From sequence record DRR378314_729: a DNA stretch of 59,122 nucleotides, one strand, 5' to 3'. Below the pieces are notes generated by a model. The model was not told the DNA's origin. It worked only from the letters and a program-made list of their open reading frames with translations, and made no database searches. The number at the start of each line of letters is the position of its first letter. Position 1 is the first letter of the stretch. Below are positions 9,563 to 17,343 of this stretch, piece by piece. A program made the position numbers and the translations under genes.

Positions 9563-11278
9563 TCAGGACGCCTGTGTAATCACCGATGGCGACGTCAATT
9601 CCTTGCACAATACGGCACGACCAATCAGAAACCCCTGAACCAGATCGCATTTGCGTGCGGCCAACTGCTCAAGCTGCCAACTTGTCTCGACGCCTTCGGC
9701 GCAGCTGATCAGGTTCATTTCCCGGCACATCTTCAGGCTCCCTGTCAGGACCTTCGGCAGGACACCGGAATCACTCTTCTTGCCTAGCAGGCTCTTGTCG
9801 AGCTTCACTTTCTTGAACGGCAACTCTTCCAGCAAGGAAAGAGACGAGTATCCCGTGCCAAAATCATCCAGAGCCAATGACACACCGGCATCGACAATCT
9901 TTCCGAGCACCTGCTTGCTGGTATCGATATTCCGGAAAAGGACGTTCTCGGTAATCTCCAGTTCAATGCGGGACGGCTCGACCTTGTGACGTCGTAGCAC
10001 GTTGAGGAAGAGATCCGAGAATTCCAGCGAGGTGAGCTGCGAGGGCGACACGTTGAAGGACAGGAAGCTCCGGCCATCGGGCAGCCATCGTAGAGCCTGA
10101 TTCAGCATCGACCAGAAGAAGCTGTCTATCAGCCCGAGACGCTCCACCGGAGGCATGAATTGCTTCGGCGATGGTTGCCGCTTCAAGCCACTGTTTGGCC
10201 AGCGTGCCAGGACTTCGTATCCGGCCACGGAATGTGACCGGAGATCCAGGATGGGCTGGACTGCCGGCTGGAAGCGGTTGTCCTTCACGGCGCTGATGAT
10301 TGTTTTGTCAAACTCCTGCGCGTCCATGTCTGACAAGTCCATACGGCGGTCGAAGACGGCGATCCCACCCCCTTCAGACTTTATACGGATCATTGCCTTG
10401 TCGGCGGCATACATCAGATTGACTTCATCAACAGCGTCATCGGGATAGGACGCAAGGCCAATTGAGGCACCAACCGAGACCAGCCCCAGATCGGTCTCGA
10501 CAGGAGAAACAATTGCACTCTGCGCTCGCGCTGCAATCTCGGAGGCATCGGCATCACAGATGATAAATGCAAACTCGTCTCCGCCCAGGCGGCAGGCCAG
10601 TCGGCACCCCTCAGCCTCGGACAGTCGCCGCGCCAGCTCTTTTAGCACATGATCGCCAACTGCGTGGCCATACCGGTCGTTCAGTGGCTTGAAACGGTCC
10701 AGATCGACCAGCGCGCAGGTGAAAGGCTGTTGTGCATGGATCAGTGCCTCGACTTCACGAATGAAGGCACGACGGTTCAGGATGCGGGTCAGAGGATCCG
10801 TATCGGCCAGTTGGCGAACCGTTTGCTCGGCGCGTTCGCGCTCGACTATCTCTGCCTTGAGATCAGAGAGCATGTTGGCATGTATTTCGGTAAGCGCATG
10901 AAAGACGCCGAGTGCATTCAGGCACCCTGCATATACACCGTCGTCATGCACGAGGATCAACCCGTTCGTCAGGAGATCTGACTTGTCTCGAATACTGCTG
11001 AAAACCGATGCCGTGTCATCGTTGAGTTCCAGGACAAGCGGGTTTCGGTCCAGAATCGCGGCCAACCCCCTCTTCTGATTCAGTGCGTACCCGTAGGGAT
11101 TGGATATGATGCGCTGAAACGCCTGAAGGGAAACAAACCCGTTCGGCCGACCGCGCCGGTCAACAACCGGACACAGCGTGGCCTCAGGATTACTAACGAA
11201 AAAAGCTGACAGCGCATCAAAGCTGTCATCCACCGACAAAGGCGGAAAATGCTTCCAGGACGTGGAGCGAAACTTCAT
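9563..11278 (-). CDS. CBS-like / GGDEF / EAL c-di-GMP metabolism protein
   Basis: DPLTRILNRR, DLDRFK, RLGGDEF; EVLARW, ELEITE, LDDFGTGYSS, AEGVET. N-terminal CBS-like segment (PVVDRRGRPNGFVS). Start at 11278 or 11302. Confidence 0.9.
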   Translation of the reverse strand: MKFRSTSWKHFPPLSVDDSFDALSAFFVSNPEATLCPVVDRRGRPNGFVSLQAFQRIISNPYGYALNQKRGLAAILDRNPLVLELNDDTASVFSSIRDKSDLLTNGLILVHDDGVYAGCLNALGVFHALTEIHANMLSDLKAEIVERERAEQTVRQLADTDPLTRILNRRAFIREVEALIHAQQPFTCALVDLDRFKPLNDRYGHAVGDHVLKELARRLSEAEGCRLACRLGGDEFAFIICDADASEIAARAQSAIVSPVETDLGLVSVGASIGLASYPDDAVDEVNLMYAADKAMIRIKSEGGGIAVFDRRMDLSDMDAQEFDKTIISAVKDNRFQPAVQPILDLRSHSVAGYEVLARWPNSGLKRQPSPKQFMPPVERLGLIDSFFWSMLNQALRWLPDGRSFLSFNVSPSQLTSLEFSDLFLNVLRRHKVEPSRIELEITENVLFRNIDTSKQVLGKIVDAGVSLALDDFGTGYSSLSLLEELPFKKVKLDKSLLGKKSDSGVLPKVLTGSLKMCREMNLISCAEGVETSWQLEQLAARKCDLVQGFLIGRAVLCKELTSPSVITQAS

Positions 11279-11414
11279 AATAAACCCATTTGCCCCACCC
11301 AAGGCACTCTGGGTATCGTGCTAACAGGACATTCTGAAAACTTGGTAACCAACAATGTTTACAGCAGGTTACAACGCATTGTTTTATGTGAATTTATTGT
11401 GACAGACGTTGCAC

Positions 11415-11963
11415 TCAGCGCGTGTCCGACGTTGGCACCCCAACAACCGATCTGCGCAGGACATCTGCAGAGACCTTCCCAGCGTCACGAGCAATAACGC
11501 TGAATGATGCGTCGGTTTCGAGTACAACCGTTTCGGCTTGCTCCACTTGCGTCAGTCCATGTTCTCTCAGGGCAGAGAGTATCTCGGATCGGGTAAGTCG
11601 CTCGTCGAGAATATTGTCGTCCAGATAGTTGCCCCGATACACCAGAAGCCGTGGGCTGGATTTGACCAGCTTTTCGACACCGATTGAGCGCGCGATCATG
11701 AAAGTCAATGCCCATTGTATGGTGAGCAAAGTCGCGATGGCCAGCAATGCTTCAAATACTGTCACCGAGTTGCTGGTAATACCCGCACCAGCAATAGACC
11801 CGAGCGCTACGGTGACGACCCAATCGAAATTATTCATCTGGGACGTGGACCGTTTCCCCGCCAATCGAATAAACACAATAATGGTGAAATAGATGGCGGG
11901 CGCCGCCAGAACGATCCTTACCAGGTCTTTCCAACCATCATAGAAGATTGCCGAAATATCCAT
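11415..11963 (-). CDS. DUF421 (YetF-like) membrane protein
   Basis: RLAGKRSTSQMNNFD, LRERHG-like LREHG segment, VVLETDASFSVI; three TM segments. Confidence 0.88.
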   Translation of the reverse strand: MDISAIFYDGWKDLVRIVLAAPAIYFTIIVFIRLAGKRSTSQMNNFDWVVTVALGSIAGAGITSNSVTVFEALLAIATLLTIQWALTFMIARSIGVEKLVKSSPRLLVYRGNYLDDNILDERLTRSEILSALREHGLTQVEQAETVVLETDASFSVIARDAGKVSADVLRRSVVGVPTSDTR

Positions 11964-12556
11964 CAGACCACACCCGAACCGATTTGATAGTCTATGGGCT
12001 TGTAAACAAAATTGTTGGACTCGCCGGCAGAACAGCTAGTCATGCCGATTATCAAATCCATGCAGGCTTCGAGAACGATCGATTGCCCCGCCTTGCTCAA
12101 GGGTGGCAGCACACTGATCTTTCCGGTGTCGGGGTCCATCGCCACATGCATGAAGATATTGAACGCAATGGGGATATCGTCTGGCCCAATACCGTATTCA
12201 GACAGAGCAGCTTCCAGGTTTTCCTGACATCCGCCTTGCGGATCTGCCTCATTGTAGAGCTTGCGAAATGTGTCCTTCGAACATGGCGTAAGCGTGAAGT
12301 CATGTCGCCCGACCTCGTCCTTTACGATCTTCAGCATGTCACGACTACGGTTTGAGTACAGCACATCACCAGTGGTAAGGAACATGCGCCCGGCATAGTC
12401 CAGCGAACGCCCGGAAGAGATGACTTCCTTTCGGTCATCGAGATTGTAGGCGACCAGATCACTGACCTGCTCGCCTTCCGGATCTGTCACGGTCAGGCGC
12501 TGGCCTTTGCGGAGGATGAAGGCTACGCCGGATTTCGGGGGAATGCGCTGGATCAT
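11963..12556 (-). CDS. DUF1989 urea-carboxylase-associated family protein (CgdA/CgdB-related)
   Basis: GQRLTVTDPEGEQVSDL, LYSNRSR, GRHDFTLTPC, GCQENL, FNIFM, TSCS. ATG 12556 overlaps the upstream stop (ATGA). Confidence 0.9.
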   Translation of the reverse strand: MIQRIPPKSGVAFILRKGQRLTVTDPEGEQVSDLVAYNLDDRKEVISSGRSLDYAGRMFLTTGDVLYSNRSRDMLKIVKDEVGRHDFTLTPCSKDTFRKLYNEADPQGGCQENLEAALSEYGIGPDDIPIAFNIFMHVAMDPDTGKISVLPPLSKAGQSIVLEACMDLIIGMTSCSAGESNNFVYKPIDYQIGSGVV

Positions 12557-13248
12557 TTGATGGGCTCCTGGGGCGTGAATGGGCATTTCCAGTCTGGTCC
12601 GACTTCGCGACCGGAATATTGCGCGGCTTCCGATCCACTGCCGAAGTCGGCCAGCATCGGATTGACGGACCCGGCAAGCGCTTCGTCACGCGCCCGAATG
12701 ATCTGTTTCATTTTCTCGAACCGGCCGTCCTGGCGAAGCCGCTCAAACTGCTCATGCGAGTTGAAGACGAGGGTTGGATACCGAAATCGTCGCGCGGGCC
12801 GCGAGGCATTCGGGTGCAGGCCAATCACAAAAAAGGCCTCTCCAAGCAATCCCATGGAAAAATGCGCAGACTGAGGGTCCCTGTCGGCGTTCTCCGCCCA
12901 TCCCCTGCCCTCCACCACATCAAGATTATGCAGGGATTGGAGACGGTTCCACAACGCGTGCTCGAATTCATCTTCCAGCAAGTCGTTTGGCCCGGTGAAT
13001 ATCGCGACGAACGACTGAACGACCGGGGAGTCGAAATCGAGCTGGTCGATGAACGTCTCCAGCGCCAATCGCAACTTGATATCACCAGCCGCGGAGTCGA
13101 TCTCCCCAAACTCGGCAATCATCAATTGATCCCGGACCATGGCGGATTTCGCACCAATACAAGGAAACTCGTCAGACTTCACGAATTTCCGAAACGCCTC
13201 GGTCGGCGTGACAGTCGCTTCCTGTCTATCCTTGAATGTGGTATTCAT
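12553..13248 (-). CDS. YqcI/YcgG family protein (DcsA/GntA-like heme-dependent guanidine N-hydroxylase family)
   Basis: FPCIGAKSA, LWNRLQSLH, DPQSAHFSM, FFVIGLHPNASRPARRF, VFNSHEQFE, QYSGR, WKCPF. Confidence 0.85.
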   Translation of the reverse strand: MNTTFKDRQEATVTPTEAFRKFVKSDEFPCIGAKSAMVRDQLMIAEFGEIDSAAGDIKLRLALETFIDQLDFDSPVVQSFVAIFTGPNDLLEDEFEHALWNRLQSLHNLDVVEGRGWAENADRDPQSAHFSMGLLGEAFFVIGLHPNASRPARRFRYPTLVFNSHEQFERLRQDGRFEKMKQIIRARDEALAGSVNPMLADFGSGSEAAQYSGREVGPDWKCPFTPQEPIK

Positions 13249-13279
13249 AGGTGTGTTCCTGAGTTGTTATTGCTCAAAG

Positions 13280-13305
13280 AACCTTTCGGAATGCGATGCG
13301 GTTCC
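13280..13305 (-). promoter_or_regulatory. EcfG/SigT-type general stress promoter for the YqcI/YcgG operon
   Basis: Minus strand GGAAC-CGCATCGCATTCCGAAA (17 nt)-GGTT, ending about 30 nt before ATG 13248. Confidence 0.7.
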
Positions 13306-13480
13306 CCAATTTTGAGTGGAAGATTGCAGACAACAATTCGAGAGACAGCCCGCCACCAAAAAAGCCTTCAAATTCCGGGAAGGCCTTCTTATTTATGTTA
13401 ATCCGCGATGACATTCATGCGGACAATACGGGACGACGCCGCTGCAAAGCAGGGCTAAACACCCAATACACCTGAATGCC

Positions 13481-13505
13481 GGAACGATCGCCGCGACGCG
13501 GGGTT
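13481..13505 (+). promoter_or_regulatory. EcfG/SigT-type promoter upstream of rpoH
   Basis: GGAAC-GATCGCCGCGACGCGG (16 nt)-GGTT, 25 nt before ATG 13531. Confidence 0.7.
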
Positions 13506-13530
13506 GGTCTGCAAAGGAGGAGATTTGACT

Positions 13531-14445
13531 ATGGCAAACAAGATTGCCGCCAGTACGAGCATGACCCTCAGCCCTGAACAGGGCCTGAGCCGCTACCTCA
13601 CGGAAATCCGCAAATTTCCGATGCTTGAGAAGAACGAGGAATTCATGCTTGCGCGTCAATGGCGTGAGCAGGAAGACACACAAGCAGCCGAAAAGATGGT
13701 GACCTCTCACCTGCGCCTCGTCGCGAAGATCGCGATGGGCTATCGCGGATATGGCCTGCCGATGGCCGAAGTTATCTCCGAAGGGAATGTCGGCCTGATG
13801 CAGGCCGTGAAGAAATTCGACCCTGATAAGGGGTTCCGCCTTGCAACATACGCCATGTGGTGGATCCGTGCCGCGATCCAGGAATACATTCTGCGTAGCT
13901 GGAGTCTGGTAAAACTGGGCACAACTGCCGCACAGAAGAAACTATTCTTCAACCTGCGTCGCCTGAAAGGCGAGATGCAGGCGCTTGACGAGGGCGACCT
14001 GAAGCCGGAACAGGCCAAGCTGATCGCCGAGAAGCTGAACGTGACCGAGAATGAGGTCTACTCGATGAACGGGCGGATGTCCGGTTCAGATGCGTCCCTG
14101 AACGTGCCGATGGGCACGGATGGCGATATGGAATGGCAGGATTGGCTGGCTGACGATGATCAGGGCCAGGCTGAAGAGTTCGCAGACAAACAGGAATTCA
14201 ATGCACGGATGGAATTGCTAACGTCCGCCATGGAAGACCTGAATGAGCGCGAACGCCACATTCTAACCGAGCGTCGTCTTTCGGAAGAGCCGAAGACACT
14301 TGAGGAATTGTCGGAAGTTTACAACGTATCCCGCGAACGTATTCGTCAGATCGAGGTGCGTGCGTTTGAGAAGTTGCAGAAGGCCATGAAACGCATGGCG
14401 AAAGAACAGGGGCTGGCATCAGCGTCTGCGGCCGGCGCAGCATAA
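13531..14445 (+). CDS. rpoH: RNA polymerase sigma-32 factor
   Basis: RpoH box QKKLFFNLR, SHLRLV, GFRLATYAMWWI, SRERIRQIE; GGAGG RBS before ATG 13531. Confidence 0.96.
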   Translation: MANKIAASTSMTLSPEQGLSRYLTEIRKFPMLEKNEEFMLARQWREQEDTQAAEKMVTSHLRLVAKIAMGYRGYGLPMAEVISEGNVGLMQAVKKFDPDKGFRLATYAMWWIRAAIQEYILRSWSLVKLGTTAAQKKLFFNLRRLKGEMQALDEGDLKPEQAKLIAEKLNVTENEVYSMNGRMSGSDASLNVPMGTDGDMEWQDWLADDDQGQAEEFADKQEFNARMELLTSAMEDLNERERHILTERRLSEEPKTLEELSEVYNVSRERIRQIEVRAFEKLQKAMKRMAKEQGLASASAAGAA

Positions 14446-14454
14446 ACTGCCCTG

Positions 14455-15075
14455 TTAGTGATCTGCGGAAGCTGACTTTACGCCCTCTAAACGAGCGGAC
14501 TCGGCTGCCGTATCGGTTCCGGAGGACAGGTGCGCAGGCCAGAACATCGTTGCCTTTACTGATTTGTAGCCCTGCTTTTCCGGCGTCCAGATTGTAACCA
14601 AACAGGCGGTCTCCTTTTCGGGGACCGCTTTTTTCTGGTCTCTTGGTGACCAGCTTACAGCCGTCTCACACACATAGTCCGAGGGGTTCGTCTCCTCTCC
14701 AGTATGCAATGTATGAGGACACATGGTCGGATGAGGCCGCGAGCCAATGAACGACCGCGGTCTATGAGGGTGGCAGACAGGATCGGACACGGCAAATGTC
14801 ATCTCTGCCGTATTCAGCCGCACGAACCTGTCAGCATCCGATGCCGGCAATTGATCCAGGAGAACGGGGCGCTCTCCACTTATGGCCCAATTCACCAATT
14901 GCGCGTTCTGATCGCCCTGGTGACGCACCACCTCCTTGTAATCTCCGTAACGCTGCAACTGCCGCCCCGCAGTAATCGTCAGGAATGCCATCGCCAGCAC
15001 AATCAATGTGAGCGCAAAACGATGCTCCCACAGCACGATCAACGACTTCATCATCACACTCATCCCTGCCCCCAT
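14455..15075 (-). CDS. Hypothetical membrane-anchored protein
   Basis: 206-aa ORF filling the gap; one N-terminal TM segment and four Cys; start uncertain. Confidence 0.55.
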   Translation of the reverse strand: MGAGMSVMMKSLIVLWEHRFALTLIVLAMAFLTITAGRQLQRYGDYKEVVRHQGDQNAQLVNWAISGERPVLLDQLPASDADRFVRLNTAEMTFAVSDPVCHPHRPRSFIGSRPHPTMCPHTLHTGEETNPSDYVCETAVSWSPRDQKKAVPEKETACLVTIWTPEKQGYKSVKATMFWPAHLSSGTDTAAESARLEGVKSASADH

Positions 15076-15296
15076 CCCAGCCGGCAGAATCGAATAACAG
15101 CCCGTCTTCTATCTATTTATGATTGCGCTCTCAATAGTTGAGATTGAATTTTTTCTCCTGTTTGGGGAATTTATTGCTCTGAAGCACCCGCAGCAGGAAG
15201 GCGACCTGCGGATTTGCGTTTTGACAAGCGGTCATTCCTCCCGCACATCGCCCCGAAACCCTCCAGTCTTCTCCCTGTCCAAGGCTCGTCTGAAAC

Positions 15297-16109
15297 ATGC
15301 CCCCCATCCCAATCGATAACGAAGGCGACCCTAGACTTGCGGCGTACACATCAATCCGGGAAAAGGATCTGACCTCAGGCCACGGCGCACGCTTCATCAT
15401 AGAAGGCAAGGTGACGCTCGAAACTGCAGTACGACGGGGCCGGTTCGCGCTGGAAAGCGTGTTCCTGGCCGAAAGCCGTATCGAGCCACTTGCGGAACTA
15501 TTGGCGTGGGTTCCAGCAGACGTGCCGGTTTATACGGCGCCTCAGAGTGTGATGGACAAGGTGACTGGCTTCCCGATGCATCGCGGCGTGCTGGCCTGTG
15601 GGCTGAAAGGGGAAATTCCGGACCCGGCCGTGTTTTTGGAGAGCGGCGGGTCGGCAGCCTCGACTCTCCTGCTGCTGTCGGACCTGTCAAACCACGACAA
15701 TATTGGCGCCTGCTTTCGCAACGCCGCTGCTTTTGGCACCTCTGCCGTGCTGATGGACGCGCAATGCTGCGACCCGCTCTATCGCAAGGCCATCCGCGTT
15801 TCGTCCGGCAGCACACTCTGGCTGCCCTATGCCCAAGGCGGGACGGGCCTGGACATGGTGAACGCTGCGAAAGCGGCGGGCTATGAAGTCTGGGCGATGA
15901 CGCCCCGCGCGGACGCGGCACCGCTCTCCTCCCTGCCCGTTCCGGCAAGGCTTGCGATCCTGCTAGGCGCAGAAGGCCCCGGCCTGCCAGATGAAGTGAT
16001 CGCGACCTGCCGGGCCGTGCGTATTCCGATGTCAGAAGGCTTTGACAGTGTGAACGTGGCGACCGCCGGAGCGATCGCCTTGTCACATGTGTTCAATGCA
16101 GCCGTCTAG
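15297..16109 (+). CDS. TrmH/SpoU family RNA methyltransferase
   Basis: NHDNIGACFRNAAAFG, LGAEGPGL, IPMSEGFDSVNVATA. Confidence 0.92.
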   Translation: MPPIPIDNEGDPRLAAYTSIREKDLTSGHGARFIIEGKVTLETAVRRGRFALESVFLAESRIEPLAELLAWVPADVPVYTAPQSVMDKVTGFPMHRGVLACGLKGEIPDPAVFLESGGSAASTLLLLSDLSNHDNIGACFRNAAAFGTSAVLMDAQCCDPLYRKAIRVSSGSTLWLPYAQGGTGLDMVNAAKAAGYEVWAMTPRADAAPLSSLPVPARLAILLGAEGPGLPDEVIATCRAVRIPMSEGFDSVNVATAGAIALSHVFNAAV

Positions 16110-16849
16110 AAAACCCGCGGGCGCTCTGTCTTGTCGACATGGAGGCCACATTCGGTCTTTTCCTGACCAGCCCAGCGTCCAGCGCGGGGATCGTCAGGAT
16201 TGTCAGACGGCTTCGTGCACGGCCAGCAGCCGATGGACGGATAACCCTGGGCCACCAACGGATGACGCGGCAAGTTGCGCTGCTTGATGAGCAGCTCAAC
16301 ATCTTCAGGCGTCCAGTTTGCCAGCGGGTTCACCTTGTAGCGACCATTTGCAAATTCGAAGACCGGCATGCTCATCCGGGCGCCGCCGTGGAAGCGTTTG
16401 CGGCCGGTGATCCATGCATCAAAGCCTTCCAGAGCAGGCTCAAGTGGGCGAACCTTGCGCAGGGCGCAGCACGCGTCGGGATCAGTCTTCCAGAGCATGC
16501 CTTTCGGATCGAGCACTTTGCGCTCTGTCTCGCTCGGCGGAATTTCGCGCACGCCCGTAAGGCCCAGCTTTTCGATCAGCTCGTCCTTGTAGTCCAGCGT
16601 TTGCGGGAAGTGCATTCCAGTCTCAAGAAAGATGATCGGCAGATCCGGCTTCACTTCAGCGATCAGCGCCAGCATGGCCACGCTTTCCGCGCCAAAGCTG
16701 GATACATAGGTCAAGCCATCGCGCCATTCACGGATCATGGCAACGCGCAAGATCGTCTGCGCGGACGCATCCCGCAGCTCGGCATTCAAGCGTGCGAGCC
16801 GGGCGTCCGACGTCTCGTTCTTGCGGGTCAGGCTGTCGCCATAAGGCAT
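16106..16849 (-). CDS. cysH: Phosphoadenylyl-sulfate / APS reductase
   Basis: SSFGAES, CCALRKVRPL, YPSIGCWPCT, RAGRW, KTECGLH. The CC...CxxC pattern suggests the Fe-S APS-reductase type. Confidence 0.95.
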   Translation of the reverse strand: MPYGDSLTRKNETSDARLARLNAELRDASAQTILRVAMIREWRDGLTYVSSFGAESVAMLALIAEVKPDLPIIFLETGMHFPQTLDYKDELIEKLGLTGVREIPPSETERKVLDPKGMLWKTDPDACCALRKVRPLEPALEGFDAWITGRKRFHGGARMSMPVFEFANGRYKVNPLANWTPEDVELLIKQRNLPRHPLVAQGYPSIGCWPCTKPSDNPDDPRAGRWAGQEKTECGLHVDKTERPRVF

Positions 16850-16854
16850 AAGGG

Positions 16855-17343
16855 TCAGCTTTCGTGTCTCTTCCGGTAGACCGGCGTCCGATCACCCGCT
16901 GCGGGCTGGTAGACCTCGGAATACTCATTCAATGCGTTCAGCACTTCATGTAGGTCAGCGCGGTCGGTCTCGTAAGCATCAAAGCCTGAACGGTTCATAT
17001 AGAATATCTGATCCCGCAGGACGTGGCCGACGGCGCGCAGCTCTCCAGAATATCCGAAGCGACGGCGTAGTAGCTGCGCCTGCGAGTATCCACGCCCGTC
17101 GGTATATTTAGGAAAACTGATCTCGATCAGCTGGAGACGCTCCAGATGCTCCTCCAACTCATGAGGATCATCGCCCGGCTCCAGACGCACGCCGATATCG
17201 GTATTTCGTGCAAGCAGCACGTCCGTCTCGCTGCGAAAACGTGCCAGCGAAACTGTAATACATCCACCAGGGGACAGCTCTCCCTCATCGGGGACATAAG
17301 CCCAGATATCGTCGATCTCCGTGCCGTTCTTAATCAGCGGCAT
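16855..17343 (-). CDS. DUF934 protein (sulfite-reductase associated)
   Basis: FPKYTDGRGYSQAQLLRRRFGYSGELRAVGHVLRDQ. Confidence 0.9.
   Translation of the reverse strand: MPLIKNGTEIDDIWAYVPDEGELSPGGCITVSLARFRSETDVLLARNTDIGVRLEPGDDPHELEEHLERLQLIEISFPKYTDGRGYSQAQLLRRRFGYSGELRAVGHVLRDQIFYMNRSGFDAYETDRADLHEVLNALNEYSEVYQPAAGDRTPVYRKRHES

Noticed and set aside
11340-11375. CtrA-like half sites upstream of the GGDEF-EAL gene
   Set aside because: At least two mismatches to TTAA-N7-TTAA in AT-rich DNA; not distinguishable from chance.
12553-13248. Guanitoxin or D-cycloserine biosynthesis cluster
   Set aside because: Only the family-level hydroxylase is present; none of the other gnt or dcs genes are in the window.
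13249-13400. Possible guanidine riboswitch upstream of the DUF1989 operon
   Set aside because: No paired ACG-loop hairpins or ykkC-type conserved elements visible, and the predicted EcfG promoter leaves only a very short leader. An Infernal scan would be decisive.
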